A stretch of DNA of 32,000 bases from Candidatus Saccharimonadota bacterium (GTDB lineage: Bacteria > Bacteroidota > Bacteroidia > Cytophagales > Amoebophilaceae). The notes beneath the pieces were generated by a model that did not search any database, was not told the origin of the DNA, and saw only the letters and a list, made by a program, of their open reading frames with translations. Shown piece by piece: positions 17,170 through 27,272 of this stretch; position 1 is the stretch's first letter; every line of letters starts with the position of its first letter. The position numbers and the translations under genes were made by a program. The DNA is taken from assembly GCF_964030745.1 (NCBI RefSeq), contig NZ_OZ034918.1, positions 630,001-662,000 of the forward strand, in the 5' to 3' direction.

Positions 17170-18729
17170 TTATTGCTTAGCATGAGGGGTGCTACCCAAT
17201 TGAACTGCCAAATAACCAATAGTCCCTTTACTAGGTTCCATAACCTGCATCAAAACAGGTTCTCTAGTACGTCGAATCATTTCAGCTAAATCAGCTATGC
17301 TAGCAACAGGTTGCTTATCAAAAGCAAGTAAAATATAACCTTTTTTAAGGCCAGCATCCTGAAACTTTCCTTTGGAAACTTCCTGAACCAGCACTCCGTT
17401 AGTAAGCTTTAGCTTTGCTTTTGTTTTCTTATCAATATTTTGAAATACAGCACCTTCCACCTTCAGGATATCATCTTGTTGTACAATCTGTATCACATCA
17501 GGCTGCTTTTTCAATACTATTTCTATTGTTTTTACTTTACCTTTGCGGTATAATGTAATGGCTACCTTGTCACCTGGCTTAGCACAACAGATTATTTCTT
17601 GTAAATCTGGACATTTATTAACTTTTCGGCCATTGATTTGGGTAATCACATCTTCTTTTTGGAATTCCTTCCCACAAGGACTATTGTCTTGCACGCCATC
17701 GACATAGACACCGCTAATTGCTTGTAAGCCCAATTTCTGAGCCAATGCAGCATCAACATCTCGAATGGTTATACCCAATAATACCCGCTGTATAGCACCA
17801 TGTTGAATGAAATCATTGGCTACCTTTTTTACTATAGATGAAGGAATGGCAAAGCCATATCCTATAAATGTCAATGAAGAGGATCTTCCAGGACAAATAG
17901 CTGTATTAATGCCTACCAATTCTCCATATAAATTGACCAACGCGCCACCACTATTACCTGGATTAATGGCTGCATCAGTTTGAATAAAAGATTGAATCCC
18001 TAATTGCCCGTTACCAACATGATCTAGCCATCTAGATTTAGCACTTACAATTCCTTTGGTAACAGTAGAGTGGAGGTTAAAGGGGTTTCCAACTGCTAAA
18101 ACCCACTCACCTACTTCTAGTTTATCTGAACTGCCTAACGCCAAAACAGGTAGGTCAGATGCTTCAATTTTTAAAATTGCCAAATCAGTGCAGGCATCTG
18201 ACCCAACTAGTTTTGCCTTATAAGATCGATTATCATTTAAGATGACCTCTATCTGATCAGCACCCTCCACCACATGGTTATTGGTAATAATATAGCCATT
18301 GCTGGTGTAAATAACCCCAGAACCATAAGAATCTTCAGGAGGCCGTTCAGATGTTTTAGGCACCAACAATCTTTCTCCAAAAAATTCTTTAAAAAACTGC
18401 TCTAGAGGGTGGTTCGACCCCTGTTTGAGCAACTTAGGATTTTTATATATCTTTACATGCACTACTGCTCGTGTAGCCACTTTAGCTGCATAGGTAAAGT
18501 CGGGCAAGGCTGTGGGCAAAGGCTTATCCTCTGGTGCTACGATGGTTTGTTCCAGCGGTTTATGCTGCTCCACAGTAGCAACCTGCTGTAGAGCGCCAAC
18601 AGCTGTTAGGTTGCTGTTGTTACCCCGTGAATAAGGACCCACAAACCATAAACATAAGCCAAATGCAGCTACAATAACCGTATTAAACAGCTTTTTACAT
18701 ATACCCTGTTTACTAAATTGTTCGTACAT
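17170..18729 (-). CDS. htrA: Do/DegP/HtrA family periplasmic serine endoprotease with two PDZ domains
   Basis: 519 aa. Trypsin-like triad context: ITNNHVV (His), TDLAILKI (Asp), GNSGGALVN (Ser). Two PDZ-like segments follow. Confidence 0.9.
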   Translation of the reverse strand: MYEQFSKQGICKKLFNTVIVAAFGLCLWFVGPYSRGNNSNLTAVGALQQVATVEQHKPLEQTIVAPEDKPLPTALPDFTYAAKVATRAVVHVKIYKNPKLLKQGSNHPLEQFFKEFFGERLLVPKTSERPPEDSYGSGVIYTSNGYIITNNHVVEGADQIEVILNDNRSYKAKLVGSDACTDLAILKIEASDLPVLALGSSDKLEVGEWVLAVGNPFNLHSTVTKGIVSAKSRWLDHVGNGQLGIQSFIQTDAAINPGNSGGALVNLYGELVGINTAICPGRSSSLTFIGYGFAIPSSIVKKVANDFIQHGAIQRVLLGITIRDVDAALAQKLGLQAISGVYVDGVQDNSPCGKEFQKEDVITQINGRKVNKCPDLQEIICCAKPGDKVAITLYRKGKVKTIEIVLKKQPDVIQIVQQDDILKVEGAVFQNIDKKTKAKLKLTNGVLVQEVSKGKFQDAGLKKGYILLAFDKQPVASIADLAEMIRRTREPVLMQVMEPSKGTIGYLAVQLGSTPHAKQ

Positions 18730-18867
18730 AGCGATTTTATTTTTGTATTTTTACAGTCATCTTTCCATTGAGCCATAAAGGCGATTGGTGTAGGTACTAT
18801 TGGCCTATTAGGGCCATACGTACAAGCACGTTAGCAAAAATCTAAAATATTTTTCACCTATACAAAG

Positions 18868-20373
18868 ATGCATCAAATATTACGGATCTACAACAGCTTA
18901 ACCAGACAAAAAGAGGTATTTGAGCCACTTAGGCCGCCTTTTGTGGGCATCTATTTATGTGGCCCTACGGTTTATGGAAAGGCTCATCTAGGCCATGCAC
19001 GTGCAGCTATTACCTTTGATATCCTCTTTCGTTATTTACAACATCTGAACTATACCGTGCGTTATGTGCGCAACATTACAGATGTAGGCCATTTGGAACG
19101 AGACTTGGATGATGGTAAGGACAAAATAGCGCAACAGGCCAAGCTGGAGGAAATAAGCCCTATGGAGGTAGCACAACGTTACACCAATAGCTATCGGAAA
19201 AATATGGAAGTACTGAATGTATTACCTCCTAGCATTGAGCCCTGTGCAAGCGGACATATTCTAGAGCAAATTGCCATGATTGAAAAGATTCTTGAATATG
19301 GTTTGGCGTATATAATAGATGGGTCTGTCTATTTTGACGTAGCCAAATACAATCAAATGCATCATTATGGCAAGCTGTCTGGCAGGAGCATAGAAACCAC
19401 TCGTTCGGGCACACGTTCATTGACCAAACAAACCGATAAAAAACAACCGGAAGATTTTGCCTTATGGAAAAAGGCAACCCCTATGCATATCATGCGTTGG
19501 CCTTCTCCCTGGGGAGAAGGTTTTCCTGGTTGGCATATTGAGTGCTCTGCAATGGCTACAAAATATCTAGGCAATCAGTTTGACATACACGGGGGGGGAA
19601 TGGATTTGCTTTTTCCCCACCATGAATGTGAAATTGCACAGGCACAAGCTGCAGTACAAACAAATTTAGCTACTTATTGGATGCATAATAATTTGGTTAC
19701 GATTGATGGGGTAAAAATGGGTAAATCATTGGGTAATTTTATTACACTAGACGCACTGTTTTCAGGAGACCATCCTGCCCTAGATCAGCCCTATAGTCCT
19801 ATGACATTGCGGTTTTTTATGCTACAGGCCCATTATAGAAGCACCCTTTCTATTACCATAGAGGGGTTAAAAGCAGCCCATCAGGGCTATCGTAAGCTAA
19901 TGAATGGTCTCCATCTCTTGGCTAAGCTTCATCAAGAAACGGTAGCCACAACAAGCGGAAGGTTAGATGAAGCCATTTATGCAGATTGCACAGCTTGTTA
20001 CAGTGCTATAAATGACGATTTCAATACGGCAAAAGTTTTAGCCCATTTATTTAATTTGCTCAAAAAAATAAATGGATGGCACAATGGCACACTGGAGCAT
20101 GACTCCATTTCAAAAGCTGCATTGGATCAATTGCGCACTACTTATACTACCTTTACGGTAGCGCTATTAGGTCTAAAAGAGGAGCATCAACTCACTACTG
20201 ATCAAATGGTAGCAACATTTCTAAAAATTTACCAAGAGGCCAAAGCAGAGAAGCGGTACGATCAAATTGATTACATACGTACTGCACTCCATAAAATGGG
20301 TATTGCGATCAAAGACCATTCCAGTGGTGTGCGATGGGAATACCAGTGTAAGCATTCAACACTATGTCCATAG
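18868..20373 (+). CDS. cysS: Cysteine--tRNA ligase
   Basis: 501 aa. It has the class I HIGH motif (HLGHAR), KMSKS motif (KMGKS) and zinc-binding Cys/His context (CGPTVYG, HIECS, HHECE). The last 8 codons or so and the stop lie inside repeat cluster 3. Confidence 0.95.
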   Translation: MHQILRIYNSLTRQKEVFEPLRPPFVGIYLCGPTVYGKAHLGHARAAITFDILFRYLQHLNYTVRYVRNITDVGHLERDLDDGKDKIAQQAKLEEISPMEVAQRYTNSYRKNMEVLNVLPPSIEPCASGHILEQIAMIEKILEYGLAYIIDGSVYFDVAKYNQMHHYGKLSGRSIETTRSGTRSLTKQTDKKQPEDFALWKKATPMHIMRWPSPWGEGFPGWHIECSAMATKYLGNQFDIHGGGMDLLFPHHECEIAQAQAAVQTNLATYWMHNNLVTIDGVKMGKSLGNFITLDALFSGDHPALDQPYSPMTLRFFMLQAHYRSTLSITIEGLKAAHQGYRKLMNGLHLLAKLHQETVATTSGRLDEAIYADCTACYSAINDDFNTAKVLAHLFNLLKKINGWHNGTLEHDSISKAALDQLRTTYTTFTVALLGLKEEHQLTTDQMVATFLKIYQEAKAEKRYDQIDYIRTALHKMGIAIKDHSSGVRWEYQCKHSTLCP

Positions 20374-20596
20374 TAGTAAAATGCCCCTGTAAAAAGTTGG
20401 GAAATAGGCCTCACTCCTTACAGATGATTAGGAAAAACAGATTCCTTTAAAGCCCGCTTAGCGGGCGATTTCTGTTTTTCTATCTGTAAGGAGTGAGGTC
20501 CTCAACTTTTTACCGAGGGCTTGATTTTTTGTCCACTTTTTTATCAAGAAAAAAGTGGAATACAATTCATTATTAACCAGTGACGTGAACAGACAC
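20348..20596. repeat. Composite repeat cluster 3: T(rev) + P2-3(rev) + H(rev) + T(fwd). It occupies the entire convergent cysS/E2 spacer.
   Basis: Reverse-complement match to 14527-14774. The P2 core is 20384-20519, the H hairpin is 20533-20558, and T motifs lie at 20348-20367 and 20577-20596. Confidence 0.9.
20384..20519 (-). repeat. P2 palindromic element, copy 3 (reverse orientation)
   Basis: CCCCTGTAAAAAGTTGGGAAATAGGCCTCACTCCTTACAGATG...AAGCCCGCTTAGCGGGCG...ATCTGTAAGGAGTGAGGTCCTCAACTTTTTACCGAGGG. Confidence 0.9.
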
Positions 20597-20606
20597 ATAC
20601 CAGTAG

Positions 20607-21896
20607 TTATGTAAATGGATACTGATCTATATTCTCTACAAAAGATGTCAATTCCTTGGCTAAATGTTTTAAAAACCCTCCTCCCAAGGCTCCATCTATA
20701 ATTCGGTGGTCGTAGGTATGGGATAGAAACAGCTCATCGCGAATAGCAATGGTTTCTTTTCCCTGAACATAGACCACAGCAGGCCGTTTTTCAATAAGCC
20801 CCAATGCAAGAATAGCTACTTGTGGTTGTACAATAATAGGTGTGCCCATTAGGTTATCAAAACAACCAATATTAGAAATGGTATAGCTGGCGCCGGTTAG
20901 TGCATCAGGCATAATGGTGCCGCTGCGTGCTTTATGGATCAACACATCAATCTGCCTGGCCAATGATACCAAACCAAGCTGTTCTACTCTATGGACCACA
21001 GGAACCAATACATTACCATCTGGTAATGCCACTGCAAAACCTATATTAACATGCTTGCGCTTAATAATTCGATCTGCTGCTACTACTGCATTGAGCAGTG
21101 GAAATTGTTGTAAGGCACGTGCAATCACTGTCATAAAAATAGGATTATAGGTCAACTTAATCCCATACTTTTCCTCAAAAGAAGCCTTATATTGATTCCT
21201 CCAAGCAACAATGGAGGTTACATCCGCACGTATAAAAGAGGTAACATGCGGTGCAATTTGCTTAGATGCAACCATACGATCGGCAATGAGTTTGCGCACA
21301 CGGTCCATTTGGACTACCTCATCCCCCTCTAAAGGGGTAACGGCTTCATGAAACAAATGGCGATCGGAAGGGGGAGTATGGTTGGGCATTCGCTTGCTTA
21401 AATAAGCCAAAAGGGCTGCTTTGGTCACCCAATGATCGGTAGCACAACCAGCCAATCTGGATAGCTCATCTGCTGAAATACCATGCTGCTTCGCAATATG
21501 CCTGGCTACGGGGGTGAGTTTTGCTTTGCTAAAAGCTTGCAAAGCAAAGGATCTATCTCCCACATTAGGTGGTGGGAGGGTGGCTGCTACAGCGGCTACA
21601 GTGGATTGTACCCCTATAGAAGATTGTTCATGGGCCACAGTAGGTAGCACAATATTTTCGACTTCTAATAAAGCAATAGGCGCTCCAATGGCCACTACCG
21701 CTCCTTTGCTTACTAATAATTTTTTAACCTTACCAGTATAAGCAGCGGGAATTTCTGCATCAACCTTATCTGTGGCAACCTCCAATAGAGGCGCACCTTC
21801 CACAATAGTTGCTCCCTCGCTTACACACCAATGCAATACTATTGCTTCCATCACACTTTCACCCATCTTAGGTAAGTAGAGTGTTATTAAGGACAT
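20607..21896 (-). CDS. 2-oxoacid dehydrogenase complex E2 component (dihydrolipoamide acyltransferase); substrate class not assignable
   Basis: Lipoyl domain with the lipoyl-Lys context (LEVATDKVDAEIPA), an E3-binding domain (LTPVARHIAKQHGISADEL) and the catalytic motif SHTYDHRIIDGA. The track ORF starts at GTG 21905; the ATG at 21896 gives the usual MSLITLYLPKMGESV N-terminus. Confidence 0.9.
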   Translation of the reverse strand: MSLITLYLPKMGESVMEAIVLHWCVSEGATIVEGAPLLEVATDKVDAEIPAAYTGKVKKLLVSKGAVVAIGAPIALLEVENIVLPTVAHEQSSIGVQSTVAAVAATLPPPNVGDRSFALQAFSKAKLTPVARHIAKQHGISADELSRLAGCATDHWVTKAALLAYLSKRMPNHTPPSDRHLFHEAVTPLEGDEVVQMDRVRKLIADRMVASKQIAPHVTSFIRADVTSIVAWRNQYKASFEEKYGIKLTYNPIFMTVIARALQQFPLLNAVVAADRIIKRKHVNIGFAVALPDGNVLVPVVHRVEQLGLVSLARQIDVLIHKARSGTIMPDALTGASYTISNIGCFDNLMGTPIIVQPQVAILALGLIEKRPAVVYVQGKETIAIRDELFLSHTYDHRIIDGALGGGFLKHLAKELTSFVENIDQYPFT

Positions 21897-21962
21897 ATTC
21901 ACCACGCTTTAAAAAACTACCCTCTACCACTAGCCTGCTGGCCTATGACCGGCAGTGGATCT

Positions 21963-22421
21963 TTATGACTCATTTTTTTGGGCCATTATTAAAGAAGATA
22001 TACAGTCATATAACTGCGTATATTCTCGTTCAAACTGATTTTTTTCCTGGCCATCAGGAAGATTTGCTATATCCTGTTTGAGCTCATTTAATATTGCCTG
22101 AAGTTCCTTTAATAGGCTGCTTGCAATCGGATACCTTATAATAGATGGGTATTCTTTTAACTTCTTGAGTACCTCTAAGAATAGTTCATGTGCCTTTGCA
22201 TAATTTTTTTCACAAGGTGTTACACCAAGTATATTGCCATTATCATCTACCTCTTTTTGTTCTCCCGTAATATAAGCAGATATATCCATGAGCGGAGCAA
22301 GCAAATCATCCCGTACCAAGCGTATATCTTCCGAATTGCCCCCTATACATGAGGTAAAAGAAAAGCCCAATGCAATTAGAAAAGTCCAGTATTTAATTAA
22401 ACCAATTAGTCTGATAATCAT
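21963..22421 (-). CDS. Hypothetical small lipoprotein
   Basis: 152 aa with a signal peptide and lipobox (LIALGFSFTSC). The remainder is helical and charged, with no recognisable family. Confidence 0.5.
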   Translation of the reverse strand: MIIRLIGLIKYWTFLIALGFSFTSCIGGNSEDIRLVRDDLLAPLMDISAYITGEQKEVDDNGNILGVTPCEKNYAKAHELFLEVLKKLKEYPSIIRYPIASSLLKELQAILNELKQDIANLPDGQEKNQFEREYTQLYDCISSLIMAQKNES

Positions 22422-22549
22422 TTCATATAGTGCGAAAACTACGCAAAAAGTAGTAGCATACTATAACTACCATTGTATATTATTTATTGTATTGTATAAT
22501 GTTCCTAAAAATTTTAAACCTCCTTCCATAGCTTACCTTTTGCAGCAGG

Positions 22550-24037
22550 CTAACAGCTACCAACTGGATTAATGATCCAACAGATTACAACATAATAAAT
22601 AATCACGCCCAATAGTTCTACAGTTGTATTAATCGCAGGATTGGCCGCTACTGCAGGATCTCCATTAAAATACTTAGCAGCCAACGGAAAAGCCGCTCCT
22701 ATAAAAGCAGAAAAAATAACTTGTAAAACAATACTCAGTGCCACTACAAACATCACCTGATAGTGCCTGTTGGTCTCTGGATCCAGACTGGAGGTAAAAA
22801 ACACTTTAATATATGCAAGAAAAAACAAAACAGAAGCCAACATAATGGCAATCCTCAATTCCTTTAAAATAATCCTGGCCCAATCAGCCAACGTTACTTG
22901 GCCGCGGTTCAATGCTTGCAATACTACTGAAGCCACTTGACTGCCTACATTGCCTCCTGTGTCCGTAATCATACTCAAGTAGAAAATCAGATTAAAGGGG
23001 GTGAAAAAAGCGCTTTTGGAATGGGTAAAGGCGTGGCCCACAATACTGGCCATAAATACGACTACGATCCATTTGATTCTTTTCTTAAGATGTTGTAGGC
23101 TGGATACCTTGAGATAGTCTGGTGCATCTTCTTCTGAAGTAATACCCATAAATTTATCCATATCCTCAACTTGTTCAGCTCTGATAATATCTATGGCATC
23201 GTCATAACTGACAATACCTACAATTTGTTCTTCTTGATTGAGAATAGGAATGGCTACCAAATCATATTGTTCAATTTTTTTGGCCACAACTTCCTGGTCT
23301 TCATCTACCGTAGCATAGACAAAGTTTACATTGAGAATAGTCTCTATTTTCTCTTCAGGAGAGCGCATGACCAAATCCTTTAAAGAAATAAAGCCAACCA
23401 ACTTCATCTTTTCATCTACTACATAGATATAGTACAGCATCTTTTTTGAAGGGGCATCCTCACGGATTTTAGCGATCGCTTCTTGTACAGTCATTGAATT
23501 TAAAACCGTCGCAAAGTCTGTATTCATAATACCTCCTGCCGTATCTGGTAAATAGGCATTGAGCATAATCACATCTTCTCGAACCTTTCTGCTTAAATAG
23601 GGTAATAAATGAGCATGCTCCTTACTACTCAATCGCTGGTAAAAATCCACCCGCAAATCAGAAGGCATACAGGAAAAAATCTTTGCAAAGCTACTTTTAG
23701 GGATACTATGGTAGATTTGCATCTGCAAAGCATTATCATTCAGTAAGGCAAATATTTCTCCTTGTTTGGCAATAGACAAGGCTCTAAATATTTTGATAAC
23801 CAACTCACAAGACTGCGCTTCTAAGAAACTGGCCACCTCTATGGGCGATGCACGCTCCAAATAATAGGCCAACCGCTTCTCCTGCTGCTGCTTGAGCAAG
23901 CGCATCCACTTAAAAAACTTATTTTCCCCTTTTAGTTTCATAATCGTAGTTTTTTGGTTCCATATGGTATAACCATGCTCAGCAAGCCTAGATGAGAAAA
24001 TAGATTTGAAAAACCCTAAAAGCATGAACGCAGCCAA
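22550..24037 (-). CDS. mgtE: Magnesium transporter MgtE
   Basis: It has an MgtE N-domain, a CBS pair (...TVQEAIAKIRE..., LVAIPILNQEEQIVGIVSYDDAIDII) and a TM domain with DTGGNVGSQ. The track start is TTG; the true start may be an internal Met (MLLGF or MKLKGE). Confidence 0.9.
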   Translation of the reverse strand: MAAFMLLGFFKSIFSSRLAEHGYTIWNQKTTIMKLKGENKFFKWMRLLKQQQEKRLAYYLERASPIEVASFLEAQSCELVIKIFRALSIAKQGEIFALLNDNALQMQIYHSIPKSSFAKIFSCMPSDLRVDFYQRLSSKEHAHLLPYLSRKVREDVIMLNAYLPDTAGGIMNTDFATVLNSMTVQEAIAKIREDAPSKKMLYYIYVVDEKMKLVGFISLKDLVMRSPEEKIETILNVNFVYATVDEDQEVVAKKIEQYDLVAIPILNQEEQIVGIVSYDDAIDIIRAEQVEDMDKFMGITSEEDAPDYLKVSSLQHLKKRIKWIVVVFMASIVGHAFTHSKSAFFTPFNLIFYLSMITDTGGNVGSQVASVVLQALNRGQVTLADWARIILKELRIAIMLASVLFFLAYIKVFFTSSLDPETNRHYQVMFVVALSIVLQVIFSAFIGAAFPLAAKYFNGDPAVAANPAINTTVELLGVIIYYVVICWIINPVGSC

Positions 24038-24348
24038 GGGTTTGCTACCATGAACAAAAAAGATATAGTTTTCAGACTAAAACATAGCCCCCACATATTC
24101 TAGCCACAAGTAGAGTCAAGAAGAAGGCTTAACGAAAAGTAAATTTAAGAGAATCTGAAGTAAATTACCAATAAGTAGCCCTAAATCTATACCCAATTAT
24201 TATGGAATAGAAAGAAATTTTTATCTTTCCATTGATTGGATCAAATAAGCAGGTAAAAAGCAAGTCTCTGCAAAAAGTTTTTGTATGGAGCCCCCTTTTG
24301 TGCACCAGAAGGCTGCCATTGTAATTTGGTTTAATAAACGAAAGAAAA

Positions 24349-24356
24349 TATATTTG
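24349..24356 (+). promoter_or_regulatory. Candidate Bacteroidota-type -7 promoter box (TAnnTTTG) for secDF
   Basis: TATATTTG at 24349-24356, about 30 nt upstream of the secDF ATG. A TTTG lies about 20 nt further upstream (about 24325). This is a pattern match only. Confidence 0.3.
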
Positions 24357-24386
24357 CCCTAATCCATATAAAGCCCTTTAAAGCCA

Positions 24387-27272
24387 ATGAAATCTAAAAA
24401 AATAGTCCTTTTTCTAACCATTGTTACTACTTTACTCTCGCTCTACTATCTTTCTTTTACCTTTGTAGACTATCGAGTGCAGCGCCAAGCGGCACAACAG
24501 TCAATGGATCAACAGGGCAGAATAGACTTTGATAAAAGCCAGGCTTATTTAAGGAATATGTGGAAAAAGCCTGTTTATAATCTGCTTGGCGGGGTCTATA
24601 CCTACGAAGAGGTAAAAGAACGTTCGCTTAAACTAGGGCTAGATCTGCAAGGTGGTATGCATGTAACCATGGAGCTTGTTCCTGTGGAACTTGTAAAAAG
24701 ATTGGCTGCCTATTCTACAGATGCTGATTTTTTAGCAGCCCTTCAATCGGCGCAACAAGAACGGGAAAAAGGTAACACAACCTCTTTTGGAAAGCTTTTT
24801 GTAGCTACCTATACAAAGCTTGCGCCAAAGGGAAATTTGGTAGAGCTTTTTGCTACTGCTGGAGTAGGGACTTACCATTTTGCCAGTGAGGGTGATGTTA
24901 TAAAGGCAATTGACCAAGAAATTGCACATGCATTGGATTGTTCACTTACCATCATAGGAGCCCGGTTAGATCGCTTTGGCGCTACACAAACCAGTATTCA
25001 AAAACTACCTGGAAGTGAAAGGATTCAAATAGCGCTACCAGGTGTTACCCATCCGGAACGGGTTAGAAAATTGCTGCAGGGTGTGGCGCAATTGCGTTTT
25101 TGGTCAGTAGCAGAAGCCAGTACTTATGGTTCAGCGCTAGAGGCTGCAAACAACCTTTTGCTAAAAAAAGAAAGGGAAACCATAGCAGCTAAATTGCCAA
25201 AAGGGCTTACAGATGCAGAAAAAATGGAACGCATGCCTACGGAATCCATACTCAAAAGGCTTTGCAAAGCCCCTTTCCCTTATGCATTAGCCTATGCGTC
25301 TGAAGAAATGAACCAAATAGAGGCCATCTTATCTAGCAAGAAAGTTAAAGCGTTATTGCCTAAAGGGATTACTTGGATGTGGGAAAAAAAAGCACAAATG
25401 CTAAGCGATGGCAGCCAGGCAGTTGCCCTTTATGCAATCAACCAGCCCAAGCCGCATCAACCCCTTTTAGAAGGAGACATTATTACCTACGCGGCCCAAA
25501 CCTTTTCCGAAAATGGCAAACCAGCTGTAACGTTAAAAATGAATCAAAAAGGGGCACAAGCCTGGAGGCGCATTACGGCAGATCATATTGGCAAACGTAT
25601 AGCAATAGCGCTAGATGATCGGGTTTATTCCGCACCAGCCGTCCATCAAGAAATTCCAAATGGCGACTCGCAGATATCTGGCCATTTTACTGTAGAAGAA
25701 GCAAAAGACCTAGCCAGCGTACTGGCAACAGGCTCTTTGCCAGCGCCGCTTAGAATTGTTGAAGAAGCCATTATGGGGCCAAGTTTAGGTAAGATGGCCC
25801 AAAACCAAGGGCTCATGGCCACAGCAGTAGGTTTAGGCCTGGTATTGCTTTTTATGTGCATCTATTATGCCAAAGGGGGCATTATAGCCAATGTAGCGCT
25901 CTTATTTAATTTACTCTTTATTGTAGGCATTTTAGCAGAACTAGATGCTACCTTAACCCTGCCCGGTATTGCTGGCCTAGTCTTGACAATTGGTATGTCG
26001 ATCGATGCCAATGTTTTGATATTTGAACGGATACGAGAAGAACTGGCACAAAAAGTCCATATCAAAGAAGCCATTCAGCGTGGGTATGCCAAGTCATATA
26101 GCTCTATTTTTGATGCCAATATTACTACCTTTCTTACTGGAGCCATACTCTATTACCTAGGGCAAGGGCCAGTTCGTAGCTTTGCCCTGATCTTAATGAT
26201 CGGTATCATCAGCTCTATATTTGCTTCGATATTTATTACAAGGTTGATTTTTTGCTGCTTAATGGAGCGGTGCCGCACCCCAAACTTAACCTTTTCTTAT
26301 CCATTTATACCTATGCTTTTTAAAAAGGTACAGATTGATTTTATTAAGCATCGTTACCGTTTTTACGCATGCTCTTTAGCATTTATAGCAGTGGGTGCTT
26401 GCTATTTTTACCACTGTAAAGGACTTGCTTTGGGAGTGGATTTTGCGGGTGGTCGTTCCTATACTGTCCACTTTGCTCAACCTATAGATGCTTCGCTACT
26501 TAAAGATGGCCTATCTGCACAACTTCAACAAGGAGTAGCGGTGCGTACCTATGGTGCCAATAATGTGATGCAAATCACTACCAGCTATTTGCATAATGAG
26601 GATAAGGCTACATCCGATGAAAAGATTCGCAATAAGCTGGTTACTGCCTTGAAAGCGTGCACACAATTGAAAGGAAATAATCAGGTTGCAGCTAATAATG
26701 ATTTTCATATTACAAGCAGTACCAAAGTGAGTGCTACCGTGGCACATGATGTCCAAAAAAGTGCAAAAAAATCAATGGCACTTGCCATATTGGGTATATT
26801 TGTTTACATTGCATTGCGCTTTAGAAGATGGGGATTTGGTTTAGCAGCTGTAATAGCGCTTATACATGATGCTTTAGCTGTCATAGCTGGGTTTAGTATA
26901 GCACGTGCTTTAGGCATAAGCTATGAAGTGAATGAAGTATTCTTAGCTGCTATGCTCACAGTGATTGGTTATTCCATAAATGATACAGTGGTTATCTTTG
27001 ACCGTATAAGGGAAAGAGTAGCTGGTAAGGCTGCGGATATATCCAGGGGCATGATTAATGATGCGATTGGAGAAACATTAAGCAGAACGGTTATCACCTC
27101 CTTTACAACATTACTAACTGTTGCTGTGCTCTTCTTTTTTGGAGGGGAAGCATTACGGAACTTCTCTTTTGCATTATTATTAGGTGTATTGTTTGGCACT
27201 TATTCTTCTATCTGCATTGCAGCCCCTCTTTTAGCAGATTTTGGTCGTAAACTTGCTACTGACAAGCAGTAG
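24387..27272 (+). CDS. secDF: Fused protein-export membrane protein SecD/SecF
   Basis: 961 aa. The SecD part contains LKLGLDLQGGMHV, a periplasmic domain and GPSLG. The TM bundle contains GIAGLVLTIGMSIDANVLIFERIREE. The SecF part contains LGVDFAGG and TVIGYSINDTVVIFDRIRE. Confidence 0.95.
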   Translation: MKSKKIVLFLTIVTTLLSLYYLSFTFVDYRVQRQAAQQSMDQQGRIDFDKSQAYLRNMWKKPVYNLLGGVYTYEEVKERSLKLGLDLQGGMHVTMELVPVELVKRLAAYSTDADFLAALQSAQQEREKGNTTSFGKLFVATYTKLAPKGNLVELFATAGVGTYHFASEGDVIKAIDQEIAHALDCSLTIIGARLDRFGATQTSIQKLPGSERIQIALPGVTHPERVRKLLQGVAQLRFWSVAEASTYGSALEAANNLLLKKERETIAAKLPKGLTDAEKMERMPTESILKRLCKAPFPYALAYASEEMNQIEAILSSKKVKALLPKGITWMWEKKAQMLSDGSQAVALYAINQPKPHQPLLEGDIITYAAQTFSENGKPAVTLKMNQKGAQAWRRITADHIGKRIAIALDDRVYSAPAVHQEIPNGDSQISGHFTVEEAKDLASVLATGSLPAPLRIVEEAIMGPSLGKMAQNQGLMATAVGLGLVLLFMCIYYAKGGIIANVALLFNLLFIVGILAELDATLTLPGIAGLVLTIGMSIDANVLIFERIREELAQKVHIKEAIQRGYAKSYSSIFDANITTFLTGAILYYLGQGPVRSFALILMIGIISSIFASIFITRLIFCCLMERCRTPNLTFSYPFIPMLFKKVQIDFIKHRYRFYACSLAFIAVGACYFYHCKGLALGVDFAGGRSYTVHFAQPIDASLLKDGLSAQLQQGVAVRTYGANNVMQITTSYLHNEDKATSDEKIRNKLVTALKACTQLKGNNQVAANNDFHITSSTKVSATVAHDVQKSAKKSMALAILGIFVYIALRFRRWGFGLAAVIALIHDALAVIAGFSIARALGISYEVNEVFLAAMLTVIGYSINDTVVIFDRIRERVAGKAADISRGMINDAIGETLSRTVITSFTTLLTVAVLFFFGGEALRNFSFALLLGVLFGTYSSICIAAPLLADFGRKLATDKQ

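Noticed and set aside
18405-18425. A GGTTCGA-like string that might hint at a tRNA T-arm.
   Set aside because: It lies inside the htrA coding region, with no acceptor or anticodon stem context. No tRNA-like cloverleaf was seen in any intergenic spacer.
21881-22572. Plus-strand ORFs 21881..22081 and 22288..22572.
   Set aside because: They are antisense to or overlap the 21963..22421 lipoprotein ORF and the mgtE 3' end. They have no motifs, and the minus-strand ORF has a clean signal peptide and lipobox.
1352-27199. Numerous short antisense or out-of-frame ORFs inside uvrA, htrA, cysS, the E2 gene, mgtE, secDF and others. Examples are 1352..1555, 3153..3350, 3702..3974, 18409..18591, 19229..19574, 20914..21150, 21514..21741, 23171..23383 and 24732..27199.
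   Set aside because: Each is embedded in a long, motif-supported gene on the other strand or frame and has no independent support.
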